A stretch of DNA of 64,000 nt from Octopus sinensis (Eukaryota), in contig NC_043006.1 in NCBI RefSeq assembly GCF_006345805.1, forward strand, positions 68,944,001 through 69,008,000. Reading direction: 5' to 3'. This document shows positions 26,121 through 40,688 of this stretch, in pieces (position 1 is the first letter of the stretch; the number at the start of each line of letters is the position of its first letter). A model generated the notes under the pieces. It had not been told where the DNA came from, made no database searches, and saw only the letters and a list, made by a program, of their open reading frames with translations. The position numbers and the translations under genes are program-made.

Positions 26121-27307
26121 ACGTTATCAACTGCCGCAGCAGGAGACTCACTTCAAAAATGTAAATTTAAACAACAACAACAACAAACAACAAGAACTAC
26201 TACATCAGCAACAGCAGCAGCGGCAGCAGCAGCAAAACAACTATTACCACGATAACAGCTGTAACAACAACATTAACATATAATCTTAAGTGAAAAACAA
26301 CAGCAATATTAACAAAAAAAAAAACAATTGACAATATGAACAAAAAGAAAAAGGAAACAACATAATGTAAAATTTAAAACAACATTTAATTAATCAGTGA
26401 AAACAAAAAAACAACCACAGCAACACAAACAACAACACTTTGAACAAAGAATGGAAATAGCAGAAAAGCAAACAAAATTTAAAAAAATAAGCGTAATGGA
26501 AACTATATCCGTATCAACAACTACAATAGCTTCAACAACAACAACACAACAACAACGCAATAATAACAACCACAACAACCGCAGCAACAATATCAACCAC
26601 AACAACCGCAGCGACAATAACAACCCCCACACCAACAACATAAACAAAACAATGAACAACTATGATAAAATTTATAACAAAGGAGGAAAAAGAGGAAACT
26701 GAATGATTTCATTTCATCTCTCTCCCTCCCTCTCTCACACAGATTCTCTCTCTCTCTCTCTCTCTTTCTTCTTCATTCACCTCTCCCTCGCATAATTTCT
26801 CTCCCTCTCCCCCCGCTCTCTTTCCTCTTTCATCCATATTCTTATTCTGGTCATCATTTCAGCTCCGTCTCCTTTTATAAATACGATATTCGGACGTTTG
26901 CCGACATGAACACGCACTTCAAGGAAGAAGAGGCGGGGAGAAGAGGGGACACAAGGCAAAGAACTTCCTGGATGAGAGGGGAGTAGAAGGGTGAGGGGAG
27001 AAAGAGGAGGAGGAGGAGGAGGAGGAGGAGGAGGAGAAAAAGAAGGAATGGCTTTGACAATGTCTGAGAGGATGGCTTGTGTATCAGCCGAGTCGTTGTT
27101 AAAGTGATAATGATGAGAGCAACAACGGCAGCAACTGCAGCAGCAAAGATAATGAGGTTACGAGCTGGGAATAATAATCATGAAATTAACTCGACCCACA
27201 TTATAAATGAAATTTGTCCATTGTATATATATATATTATATATATAGATATATAATGTATGTATGTATGTATGCATATATATATTGTATGTATGATATAT
27301 ATATATA

Positions 27308-27353
<46 letters not shown>

Positions 27354-27525
27354 GTATATTATATATGTGGTTTCAATGTTGTGTCATATGTCAAAATATA
27401 CACATAACACACACATATACAAGCATGTCCACCTGTTTGTTGTTTATCTGTCTCTTTATCTGTCAATCAATCAGTCAATCACTCAATCAGTCAAAGTATG
27501 TATGTATGTATGTATGTATGTATAC

Positions 27526-27558
<33 letters not shown>

Positions 27559-27608
27559 TGTATGTATGTATGTATGCATGTATGTATGTATGTATGTATG
27601 TATGTATG

Positions 27609-27669
<61 letters not shown>

Positions 27670-29084
27670 CGGTGCTGTTGTGTAGGAGACGTGTTGAATA
27701 AACAATTTATTCCGAAGGAGTGATTGTAGAACAAGCAAGCAAACAAATTCTTGATGACTTAAGAGACCTTATTTAAGAATTTGCTTTGAATTTTATTGTC
27801 AGCAATTTCAAACCTATTCACTTATATTCGTTCTTATCAATAATTCGGAGGCAACATCCCCTTCTGGTTTTCGGTGCGACTGAATATATATCTCTACGTT
27901 TCCAACTCACTTCTGCGGTTTGGAGAAGGCGTCTGCCTTAAAGATTCTCAGATTCTCTGCGTTCTAGTGCTTTGCCAAAAAAAAAAAAAAAAATTACTAT
28001 CACCATCTTTGTCATTGCTGAAACGCTGTATAAGGGTGTGGTTGGAATCTATTATTGTGGTGTCTAGTTACCATTTGGATGATACACTGTAAGTCACATG
28101 ATATTGACCCAGTGTTTGATAAGCAAATATGGTTTCAAAACATATTCTTTTACTCCTACCAGGTCTATTGTTTTGATTGGACAGCATCTACGGTGGTAGG
28201 CTTGATGAACGTCTGTACAAGAGTATACAACAGGCATCATCTCATTCTGTAGTCACTTTTTGAAATTCCAAGGAGGAAGTTCAGTCCGCTTCAGGTAGTT
28301 CCTTAATCGCTAGCAATAACAAGGAAGGCTCAAGTAAACCCACTCCATGCAGTTCCCTTGCATATTAGCGCCAGTATCAACGCCACCACCCAGTGGTCGT
28401 TTGGCTGACATCCCTTCTTAGAAGTAGGATCGTCTTACAAACAACTGCTTGTATTTCTCCAGCGGACATCAGTCCAAGTTTTTGCGCTCAAATTTCGCTT
28501 GCTCGACCTGGTAGCAACAAAGTTCCCTACAGCGGCAGTTATTATTATACACTTTTATTTCTCCGGTTTTCACTCATTCAAGTGTTTGTATGATAAAAGA
28601 TGTTTTGTCCCACTTATCTGCATATATATATATAAAGTTTAAAAAATGATGCTATTACTATTATATACATTCCTTCATTCCGATCGTTTCAACAATATAT
28701 GGTTCAGATACATCACGAATATAAATAATGATTATAACACATTGCAATAAATTACATGATCATCATTTACATTCATGATGTATTAGAAACATTAATTGTT
28801 GAAGCGATTGTAATGAAGGAATGAATACCGCCATTTATGGACTTGCTCTAATAGCACTCTGCAACTAACAAATACTTCCTGTAATTTCAGTTTGTGTGCA
28901 ACAGTTTCCTTTAAGAAAAACAGTCCATTTCTATGTACTCTGTTGCTAGCCAAAATCCGCAGGAGCGTTGATTGAGGTGCCCGCTGGATTTTTAAATCCC
29001 AATAAATCTAATATATAAATTCACTTCAAGACTGTACCCCAGCATCGGCATGGTTGCATTCCAATGACTGAAACAAGTATAATA

Positions 29085-29130
<46 letters not shown>

Positions 29131-29134
29131 TATA

Positions 29135-29169
<35 letters not shown>

Positions 29170-29177
<8 letters not shown>

Positions 29178-29480
29178 GGGTTTAGCAACAAGTTGCTTCA
29201 CCACATACCGAAAATTTAGAAATAGCAGCCAAAGACAGCTAATTCCTTTTCACTACAGATATGACTCCGCAAATAAGAATATTTGTAACTCACATAGGCA
29301 AAAAGAAGAAAAAATGAAAAGTAGCAATAATATAGATTAACTATAAGCATGTTTCACTATTAACAGTTACGTAATTTTACCTACGCAATTTGTCCGTAGA
29401 TCTTCAGTATGGTCGTCATTACAAGTATAATTTGCAGAACTATACACGAAACGTCCGCATTAGGTCGGACATGTATATAG
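29170..29480 (-). mobile_element. Penelope pLTR-like fragment with degenerate hammerhead (29339-29414)
   Basis: Minus strand: gaccata CTGAAGA ... GAAAcatgct tatagtt. Adjacent to (TA)n. Shares tagaaata(g/a)cagccaaag with the 485-bp unit. Confidence 0.45.
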
Positions 29481-29708
29481 TTCTACCTATTACACTTGTG
29501 GTTATTTTTCAAAAGTCCTCGTTTCGGATAGATAGATAGATAGATAGCAAACATGCCAACAAATACAGTCATAACAACGTACATGCATATACATACACAA
29601 GATGTATGTTTGTGTATGTGTGTGCCTGAATGTAAGTGTGTATGTTTATATAAACCATGAACATACAAAAATACATATATACAGTATATATATATATATA
29701 TGTGTGTG

Positions 29709-29766
<58 letters not shown>

Positions 29767-30365
29767 CATTATGTTATGTATATGTGAAATTGTGTTAATA
29801 AAAACAAAAGGATGTATATATTTATATACGCTTGTTAATATAATATAATAGAAATCGGTGCAATTTTTTAAGTCTTTATGTTGTTTATTAATGGATTAAT
29901 TAGAGAAGAACGAGTAGCAACATTGATCCTTCACAGATTCTTCGTAAATAATTGGAGGAGGGGACGAAGATCCCCTCAGGACGGAGACCTAAATTAAATG
30001 CGTATAGCAGGGTGGAGCAGGCCTCAGGACCGTGAAGGGTGTTATACTGGTCAACGGATTAAGTCTATGCTTCATGTATGTTAACTATGAAATATATGTG
30101 TGAGTGTGTATGAGTGATGTATGCGTGTGCGGATGTGTATATAATTATTTATCTCTCTCATTCTCTTTGCTCCTCTCTCTATATATATGTGTGTGCGTAC
30201 ATGTGTGAGTGCGTGCGCGCGCATGTGTGTGCATATGTATGTATGTATGTATGTTGGTATGTATGTAAGTACACATTCGCTCTTTTTTACCTACTACATG
30301 GCCACAAACATGAATCTATATCATTATATTTATATGTACGTATATATATATATATATATATATAG

Positions 30366-30421
<56 letters not shown>

Positions 30422-30750
30422 TACATATATAGTATATTCATATATATCTGTGTGGGTGTGTACTCATGCATATATACACATGCACACACACACACACACA
30501 AAGAAAATGTATGTATGTATGTATGTATGTATATATGTATAGCCATGATTGTTTCTGTTTCTCTGTATATATTTTATTTGTGTATAACAGTGTCATACTT
30601 TTTATTGACACTAGATGCTATATTGCTAAGTTTTTGTTGAAAATAAACCGTTTACCGCCATTTTGATTTAAACTTTATTGTATATTCTTCATTCTCTCTA
30701 AGTCTTTGTATTTGTTGCGCTCTCTCTCTCTCACTCTCTCTCACTCTCTC

Positions 30751-30804
<54 letters not shown>

Positions 30805-30969
30805 CACCTTTTTTAGCCTGATTCTAATACGTTTAGCCAAAATTTTGAACTCTAATGGATGCGGCGACAAATGCCAAGCCAAAACAATCAACCATCTTAT
30901 GTTCTTGGATTACCTCAAGTTTTATACCTCAAGCGATAGTCAACTAGCAATATTGATTTCTCATTTTTG

Positions 30970-32162
30970 GCACAAAGCCAGTCGATTAGATCGACACCAG
31001 TACGCAACTGGTACTTAATTTATCGACACCAAAAGGATGAAAGGCTAAATCGACCTCGGCAGAATTTGAACTCAGAACGAAATATCGTTAAGCATTTCGC
31101 CCGGCGTGCTAACGTTTCTTATTTCTTTATTGCCCACAAGGGGCTAAACATCGAGGGGACAAACAAAGACAGACAAAGGGATTAAATCGATTACATCGAC
31201 CCCAGTGTGTAACTGGTACTTAATTTGTAGACCACGAAAGGATGAAAGGCAAAGTCGACCTCGGCGGAATTTAAGCTAAGAACATAAAGACGGACGAAAT
31301 GCCGCTTAATATTTTCTCCGATGCTCAAACGATTCTGCCAGCTCACCGCCTTAGTCAACTAGAAATATTCTTTTCTTCTCTAGGCACAAGGCCCGAAATT
31401 TTGGGGGAGGAGGTCAGTCGATTAGATCGACTCTAGTACGCAAGTGGTTCTTAATTTATCGACTCCGAAAGGATGAAAAGGCAAAATCGAACTCAGCGGA
31501 ATTTGAACTCAGAACGTAACGGCAGACGAAATACCTATTTCTTTATTATCCACAAGGGGCTAAACATAGAGGGGACAAACAAGGACAGACATAGGTATTA
31601 AGTCGATTACATCGACCCCAGTGCGTAACTGGTACTTAATTTATCGACCCCAAAAGGATGAAAGGCAAAGTCGACCTCGGCGGAATTTGAACTCACAACG
31701 TAACGACAGACGAAATACGGCTACGCATTTCGCCCGGCGTGCTAACGTTTCTGCCTGCTCGCCGCCTAACTCAACTAGAAATATTTCAACAAACCTGTCC
31801 CTAAAAGAATTCCTATGAGAATCCTGTCAGGAACAATGAACCAATGCAGCCATGAAGATAAGAAATTAATAAAAAACGAAATACACTCTAATATCATCTT
31901 TTATTTCTTTTCTTTTCTTTTTTTATTTTCGTTTTATTTGTTTCAGTCATTAGACTGCGGCTATGCTGAGACACCGCCTTCAAGAACTTTTAGTGGAAAG
32001 AATCAACCTCAGTGATAATTAAGTGGTACTTAATTTATCTACCCCGAAAGGATGAAAGGCAAAGTCGACCTCGGCGGAATTTGAACTCAGAACGCAACGG
32101 CAGACGAAATACTGCTAAGCATTTCGCCCGGCGTGCTAACGTTTCTACCAGCTCGTCGCCTT
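30970..32162 (-). mobile_element. cluster of SINE family B copies (tandem/nested)
   Basis: Repeated aactggtacttaatttatcgaccccgaaaggatgaaaggcaaagtcgacctcggcggaatttgaactcagaacg; head ggcggcgagctggcagaa on the minus strand. Confidence 0.88.
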
Positions 32163-34079
32163 CATGCTAAATATAGAAACAGAAAACAAGACAATTACAC
32201 CAAGTATAAATGTACAACTATTTAAGAATTAAGAAGGAAACAGAATATTACGCACACATATGAAAAGAACTTAAGGAAGAATATTAGAGACGCTGTAAAT
32301 ATTATAGACGCTATACATTGATAGTTAAAACGGTATTAAATGCATAAAGTAACCTAGCTAGTCCTACAATAATCTATCGATATAATCTTCTCAATTGAGT
32401 GAATTAGCAAGACTAGACAGGAAAACGGGAAAAATAATGACTGCATTAAGAATATACTACGAATATTTATTACGAATACAGAGTGGTAGTGGTATTATGC
32501 AATTAGAAAATTATTACAAAATATCTGCTGTTAATCGACGAAAAATATCCAGTAAAGAAAATTGAAAGACTAATGCTAGTAAATCACTTAACGATATGAA
32601 CAAAGCAAGAAGTTATATAACTTCGACGAGACAAGAAAAATAAATCAAAAGCTGGAATATGAAACTGTTGTCTGAAAGATCGGAGAAACAATAACAGGCG
32701 ATCAATTTAATATTACTAGACATGAAATGAGATTAGAAAATGTCATACTAACTCATCGGCAAAAGAAGCCTTAGTGTAATCTGTATTTGTCTAGAGTAGT
32801 ATTTCTCAAAGGAGACCATTTGACCCGTTGGGGGTTCATATAAGAATTTTGGGGCCCACGCAACACGGTAGTATTTTAAGCAGAATGGTTAAGCAGATCC
32901 ACCAGGATAAAATAGTAATCAAAGGGTCTACAGATGAAAAAATAGTTGAATGGTTAAGAACTTCTGGACTAGACTAAAGAAAGTCGAAGTGTTTAATGAA
33001 TATATTGTTTTGAGAAGTACAGGACAAAGATGAAGCCAAAAAGTTTTTGATCTCAATATAGGACCAATGTTTACCTGCTAGAAAATAAAGAAAAATTAAT
33101 GAATCAGAATTAGTACTGCAGATTCTATAGAGGTTGTAAAGAACCAATTACAATTAAAGAACCAAATACAAACCGACGCGGTAAACATGCGTAAACATGT
33201 AGTGTAAACGTGTAGACGTTCAAACATTGTCACTATTTTTCCAAACCCTGTTGTGTTTTACATAAAATTTTCGGTCCTCCAAAATGGTCCTGGTGTATAA
33301 GTCGGCTTGTCTTGTTTAGCTGTAAACTGTCGTCTGAAAAATTTGACTTGCATGCCTGAAAATATAACTATATAACTTCTGGCTGTCCAATGTTAGTGAA
33401 TGCAGAGTAAATAAACAGACATGGTTGAGGTGAGAAATTATGCCGGCGTTATAGTGCCCACTGGATAGAGGTGGAACACTAACTAGAAAAAGTTTCAAAT
33501 AATGATACAAGAATTATTCTGGTAAATACCAACTCAGGTTAATCAGGATATTGTCTAAGACCATCAGGAGGTGTCTTCTTATGTGTCTATCAGTCCCAAT
33601 AAATGATAATAGAGTATAGCTGTATAGAAATGGAGAAATTATCTGTAAATAAAGATCTAGAGATTATAGCAAACCAGAGCAAGAGACCAGAAAATAAAAA
33701 CCACCCGTTATAATAGAAGTAGATGTCTTAGGAGTGATTAAGGCGCAGAAGCACACATTAGCAAAGGCCCATAACATGCAGGAATTGAACTAAATGACCT
33801 TTCAATATATATTATGTTGAGTAGACTCAATACAATAGTACTACTGGTTATTGTAGGCATATTACCAGAGCAGTGTCTCATGATTGACATATATACGCCT
33901 ATCTTCGTTCCTCACGGGTGTCTGGTTTCGAAGAGACTCTGTGTTAAATGATAGTGATAGATAAATAATAGAATACATGGGGAAAATAGGTTTCATTCCG
34001 TGACCCCAATTTGTCATGCGCATTGTGGGTGGTCGCTGCGGTGTGTTTTTGCGGACCAAACAGAATCTTTGACTGATCG

Positions 34080-34563
34080 CCGATTCAGGTTATTACAGAT
34101 CAATTCGTGGTAAGCGTAACATGGTTCACAGTTGAGCATACCGCGTTATCTGGATAAGAGATAAATGAATCAGTGATAAACGAGGACAGATATACAACAT
34201 ACTGAAAATAACACTGTTAGGCATTGTACATACATTCTGTGGAGTACTTTAAATACAAGAATAAAACATGATGTAAGACCTGATACACAGGTAAAGGAGT
34301 GCTAGAAGGAAGTAGACGGAGTTGAAATAATTAAATAGATACAAGTGTATTTAATGTAGAAATTGTGTTATAGTATTTGTGTTCTTAAATAGATGAGAGA
34401 ATATTAAGTTCAGGACCAGATCTCATCAGGGGTTATTTACAATTCCCTCTCTAGACAGAATGCTTCACACGCACAATTCACACAAACAAAACAAACGTAC
34501 ACACGAACGCGCGCGCGCGCACACATGCACACGCACGCACGCACACATGCACACGCACGCACG

Positions 34564-34594
<31 letters not shown>

Positions 34595-35160
34595 ACACAC
34601 AACACCCTTTTTATCCATGTGGTACCCCATTTGGAAAATTGCAGGTTCAACGAGTGCCAGTCTTGTAAAGTACATAGACTTGGCGACGTGATAGCTAGTT
34701 TGTTTGCCATCAAACGGTATGTGTTGATGATTTTTAATGAACGGAGGGCAGGGAATGGTATCGGCAGCTTGTCCTCTTAATGATATGTATTAGAATCAGA
34801 ATAGTACATAAAAGAGATTTCTTGCTTTTGACGTTATCATGGATTCTCTGTGTTAGATTTGTGAGTAGCATAGCAGTTGAGTATAGTGGCCTGAATTTAT
34901 ACTGTGGTTTAAAAAGGAGTAATATATGGATTAGTGATGTCAAGTATTAGAATTTCTAGATTTATCGATGCTGTACATAGGATAGTGAAGGTTAAGTTTG
35001 ATGTCATTTCACTTGGGGTTTTATTGGGCTTTAGAATCGTTGCGGTTTTGTCCAGCTTTCAAATTGTAAGAATTTTGGAAGAATTTTGGTAGATGTAGTG
35101 GCAAATGTTGGTGAGTGAAGTGATTCCTCCAAGCCCTTGTGATTTCTGTGTGACCCAGGT
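34080..35160 (-). pseudogene. highly decayed LINE reverse transcriptase fragment
   Basis: Minus-strand peptide fragments near 35000-35140 resemble the LTNI...WK...ILKP.K RT N-terminal region; many stops. Confidence 0.35.
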
Positions 35161-35769
35161 GATTTGGAATTCTTAGATTTTTCCTATTGATTTTTGGATA
35201 TCGGAAATAAAAAAAAAATGAGGATCAAGTCGACATGGTTTATGTTGGTCTATGGACAAATTTCACTAAAAGCTGTACTGCAGCTGTTGCAGGTATATAA
35301 CTCCCGGAGACCTTACAAACCTCATACTCAACAACGCAACTTCTGCAGCGCCATGACACGAAGGAAAAAGAATGCTTCTGTGCATCACATATTCCGTAAG
35401 CTTTCTTCACATCTCAAACAGCAGCAGAATCTTCTTGTTCGTTTCCAGAAAGTTCTCTACTAATTTTGCAGAATCCTTTTTTTTTTCACTTCTCAACTAT
35501 GACGTTTCCGTGAGTAGCAGCACTCTTGCAGAGAAACCCTCTGCATTTGCTACCTGCTTTACATCCTGCCTTACATATTACACATTTGATAAATCTTCTT
35601 AAAATTTTGTCCTTTCTACTCCACTGGACACATCTCATGTACTCATATGCCAAATGCAGAAAAATACCTCTGGTTACTTCAAGCCGTCAAGGCCACAGGC
35701 ATTGGACAATGTCTCTTACATTACCTTCAAATAATACACACAGAAGCTAACAAGCTCTGAGAAGTATAG

Positions 35770-35808
<39 letters not shown>

Positions 35809-37337
35809 TTCTTTGTGGCTCTTTCTTTGTCTGGTTGTTTCCTTGTCTATCTATCTCTTTATCAGTCTGTCTATCAGTCACTTTCTCTGTCTGTCTGTCT
35901 GTCTGTCTGTCCCTCTGTCTCCCCCTTTCTCTCTCTCTCTCTCTCTCTCTCTCCCTCTCTCTCTCTCTTCCTATCTCTCTCTCTCTGAATCTAGCTCGAT
36001 CTTTGTAAATTCACTACATTGTATTTAGTTTTCTGAATGGACACACCTATAACTGTGCCAATTAGCGTCCCATTGCGCTCACTTTCAGCTTTCGAAATGC
36101 TTGTCATTAAAAATCATTAAAAATCAATTCCTGCAACATCTTGAATCTCCTTCTCTCCTCTTTGAATACGAAAACGGCTTCCAAAACTAAAACCCATTGA
36201 AAACCAACAACTATCACTTCTCTTCAAAGTTCAGGTAAGACATTCAACAGGGTACTTCGTCCACATACCTAGGATGGTGCTGCTTCCGGATGCATTCACA
36301 AGAGGGACCACATCTCCACAAGGTCACCCGACTGATTGATATGAAATCACTAGCAAATACCCTCCAATCCCCGGTTCACAAATATGCTGTGTCTCCTCTT
36401 CTTATCGTTTCTACAATGGTTTCTGCTCCTGGTTAGTCTCCTGGTGCCTCTATCCAAGAATCCGAATTCATTTTCCTTCTCCCTCTCAACATCCACATTG
36501 TTTCCACCCAAACATCCACACTTCAGGTTCCCGGTTAAACGACTACGGCCAAGCCTTTCTCCCCCAGTGACTCCCCTTGGAATTCTCACTTATGTTATAC
36601 CTATAGCTATTAGAGCGCAAATGTTTAAGAAAAATATCGATTTCAAGGCCAAGAGCATGATGGGGAGATGGAATTTGCCCAAAATAAGGAAATCCAGTAA
36701 ACATACGAATCATATTAGTAAATAAAGTTGATAACAATTATAAGACATGCTGTTGTTATTGTTGTTGGTGGTGGTGACGTTGTTGTTTTGATAGTTGTGG
36801 CTGGTTCAATCAGGTCAATCAAACGGATCAGCTATCGATGAAAGTTATACCAAGCGTGACGAAACCGTGTTTTCTATGGTAACAGTAAGACGTGACTCGT
36901 GAGAGATGTAGCTGTTGTTTCCAGCTTCAAACAAAACCATGGCGTCGTTCACACACACAAAATATCTCTCTCTCTCTCTCTCTCTCGGCTCTCTCTCTGC
37001 CTCTCTCCTCTCTCTCTCCTCCCTCCTCTCTCTCTCTCCTCTCTCTCTCTCCTCTCTCTCTCTCTCTCAATGGTGTGTGTTTTGAATGTTTATTTTGATG
37101 AGTTCTGAATTTTATTTTGATATTACACAAGTTCTCTCCCTTGCAAGGTGCAAGGGACACAACTCGTATAAGTCGCTTGAAAGTTGACAGTTATTATTGT
37201 CTTGTGTAAAAAGGTTGATTTATATTACGTCCTTTAATTTGGAGGATTCCAAAAAGATTTCTAAAATAGTTTCTTCATATTTTGTTGGTAGTTTACTGGT
37301 GTAAGTATACGAATATGAAAATAATACTTGTATATGG

Positions 37338-37844
37338 TGTGTTATGTGAATTTATGGAAAGGAATCCCATAATACTCAACAAACTTGTTAAAATGTAAGA
37401 ACATTTTCATTCATGCAGACGATCGTTTCGAACAGCGATATAAACATCATGCAAATTCATGGCTGAATAGAAATAAATTAATTAAATTAAATTACTTATA
37501 TATCACTGTTCTCATTAGTGCAAGAAGTATAAACAATTTTTGTTTTTACAAAGGACTTGATAAAGGAAATAGCAGAGTAGAATGAGAGTCTAGTTAGGTA
37601 TAAAAAATGTTTTGTTTATACTTCTTGCACTGATGAGAACAGTGATATATAATTAATTTAATTTAATTTAATTTAATTAATGTAATTATTTCTATTCAAC
37701 TATGGATTTGCATGTTTTTATATCGCTGTTCTAAACGATCGTCAGCATGAATTTAAATTCTCTTACATTTCAACAACTTTTCTCCATTTTTAAATAATTT
37801 GTTGTGTTTTATAGGATTCCTTTCCATAAAATTCACATAACACA
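37338..37844. repeat. long imperfect inverted repeat (arms ~37338-37536 and 37612-37844)
   Basis: tgtgttatgtgaatttatggaaaggaatcc / ggattcctttccataaaattcacataacaca and tatatcactgttctcattagtgcaagaagtataaacaa / ttgtttatacttcttgcactgatgagaacagtgatata. Confidence 0.88.
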
Positions 37845-38969
37845 CACAAATACACACACACTTTATTTATGTGTGTGTATATATACAGGTGTGACTGTGT
37901 GGTAAGAAGCTTGCTTCTCAGCAACAGGCTTCTGAGTTCAGTTCCACTGCGAGGTACCTTCAGAGAAAAAGCCTTCTACAATAGCCTCAGGTCGACCAAG
38001 GCTTTGTGAGTGGATTTGATAGGCGGAAACTGAAAGAAGCTTGTCGTATAAAAAATCCCTTCAAAGCAGTGCTCCAGCATGCCTGCGGTCGAACAAATAA
38101 AAGAAAGAAAAGATAAAAGAATGTGTGCCTGTATGTGTGTATTTATATGTATATTCGTATATATGTATGTAAATATATACATACATGTAAGTATGTGTGA
38201 ATACATGTCTGTATATACGTATTCACAAAAGTGCGAGTATGCGCAGTAATACTAATCTGTGATAATACTTGGTTTTACTGTATTAGGGATCTAGGGATCT
38301 TGAAAATGTCTACCTGTCTCTGTTAAACTATTCCTATCGGCAGGTATGCATACCTGTTTGTATGCATGTGTGTATATGCGCGCGCTCGTGTGCATGTATG
38401 CATGTGTATATATATATATCTATGTCTATCTGTCTGTGTCTCTATCTATGTATTTATATATGCATGTATGTAAGCATGTATGTATGAATTTGTAGTATAA
38501 AGATTCAGAGAATCATGTGGTTATCACAGAAAGCTTCTCTACCGGACTCGGCTAACAGTCCACGTTGTAATTCAATGCAGAAAAGTGTAATGTTGTGTTC
38601 AATGCACCTGAAATTTAGAAGATCCAGTCGATGAAATTATTTCACGAGGCGTATGAAACTATGAAATCTGGAAGCATAAGAGGTGAATATATATTGATCT
38701 AACCTCTTGGTCAGCCTTAGAATTATGGCCGTTTTGCAATCTTCTTCACCTAACATTAGTTTCAATGTGGGAGGAATTATGGTTACACGTTTGCATTAAT
38801 ATGCATGTCCAGCATTATACAGTTGCATTGTATATTCAAAAATCAATGCGAAAGTTAGCTCATCAGATCACGAAATCATCATCTCGCCAGCCTCGGCCTT
38901 ATGGAACACACTTCCATCAGCTCTTCTATAATGAAGGAAAACTTTTTAAATATTATTTGCTGGTGGTAA

Positions 38970-39585
38970 GGCAGTGGGGTGGCCCAAACGTTAGATCGCC
39001 GGGCGAAATGCTTAGCAGTATTTTATCTGTCTTTACATTCTGAGTTCAAATTCCGCTGAGGTCGACTATGCCTTTTATCCTTTCGAGGTCGATAAATGAA
39101 GTGCCAGTTGCGTACTAGGCTCGATCTAATCGACTGGCCCCCTTCCCCCAAAATTTCAGGCTTTTGCCTAGAGTAGAAACGATTCTTTTGAAGGCGGTGA
39201 GCTGGCAGAAGCGTTAGCACGCCGGGCGAAATGCTTACCGGTATTTCGTCTGCCGCTACGTTCTGAGTTCAAATTCCGCCGAGGTCGGCTTTGCCTTTCA
39301 TCGTTTCGGGGACGATTTAATAAGTACCAGTTATGCACTGGGGTCTGTATAATCGACTTAATCCGTTTGTCTGTTCTTGTTTGTCCTCTCTGTGTTTAGC
39401 CCCTTGTGGGTAGTAAAGAAATAGGTATTTTATCTGTCTTTATGTTCTGAGTTCAAATTCCGCCGAGGTCGACTTTGCCTTTCATCCTTTCGGGGTCGAT
39501 AAATTAAGTACCAATTGCATACTAGGGTAGATCTAATCAACTGATCCCCTCCCCAAAAATTTCGGGGTTGTGCCTAGAGTAGGAA
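38970..39585 (+). mobile_element. SINE family B cluster
   Basis: aggcggtgagctggcagaagcgttagcacgccgggcgaaatgc...gagttcaaattccgccgaggtcgac. Other copies lie at ~19790-20150(+), 44080-44280(+), 45620-45832(-), 52850-53150(-), 53515-53710(-), 54555-54770(+) and 58800-58915(+). Confidence 0.88.
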
Positions 39586-40307
39586 ATATAATTTGCAGTA
39601 GAAAAGATTATTGAACGCAGTCAAGTGACTGAAACAAGTAAAAGATAAAACAGATTACTGTTACACCGGTTTTTAAGAGTGAAACGTTCAGACACATCAT
39701 ATGCTCCGTGTATATACAATGTCATTGAATACCGAATCCCAATTTTGGGTTAATAAAAAGCAAAGAAGTCGCGGGAAAATCGTAACTAAAAATCAAAAAT
39801 CCTTAAAATCATTTAACATTTTTATTGTATTTCGTTTTTGGATTTGGTTTGTAAGATTCTTTATGTGAGTTCATGTGTTGAAGCATATTCTGTTGTGTCT
39901 GCGGAGAGTCATTTTCTTTTTGTACCTACTAATTTAACACACTCACCGATAAAACATCCACTTATTTTAATTTTTATTTATTGTGGAAATCAGAAATATC
40001 CTCTCCAATTTTCATTACCTTGAACTGTGGAGAGCAGTTTTATCCACCAGTCTATATTTTGTTGAGGAATGTCATGTTTGAAATTATTGTTTGTTGAAAT
40101 ATGTCAAGTTTATTGAGACAACATGACTTGCAGAAAATACCTATTCTATTTTTTGGTAGATATTTAACATCATTACCAGAATAACCATGAAATTTGATTT
40201 TACAGTTAAAGGGATTAAAGTGATGTAATTATCGTTTCTATCATTTAGAATAAATTTAAATACTGAATTAATTGTTACAGTTATTGTTGACTAGATATAG
40301 GCGCAGG

Positions 40308-40444
40308 AATAGCTGTGTGGTAAGTAGCTTGCTTACGAACCACATGGTTCCGGGCTCAGTCCCACAGCGTGACACCTTGGGCCGACCAAAGCCTTGTGGG
40401 TGGATTTGGTAGACGGAAACTGAAAGAATCCCGTCGTATATATG

Positions 40445-40479
<35 letters not shown>

Positions 40480-40688
40480 ATATATGTTTGTGTATCTGTG
40501 TTTGTCCCCCCAACATCGCTTGACAACCGATGCTGGTGTCGTTACTTCCCCGTAACTTAGCGGTTCGGCAAAAGAAACCGATAGAATAAGCACTAGGCTT
40601 CCAAAGAATAAGTCCTGGGGTCGATTTGCTCGACTAAAGGCGGTGCTCCAGTATGGTCACAGTCAAATCACTGAAACAAGTAAAAGAG
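40308..40688 (+). mobile_element. SINE family A
   Basis: aggcgcaggaatagctgtgtggtaag...ctgaaacaagtaaaaga. Confidence 0.85.

Noticed and set aside
26092-26702. Gln/Asn-rich ORFs downstream of the BAMBI stop
   Set aside because: AAC/CAG repeat-rich sequence, most likely 3' UTR.
32200-33900. Possible decayed R4-like retroelement
   Set aside because: Only faint peptide echoes; too degraded to call without a homology search.
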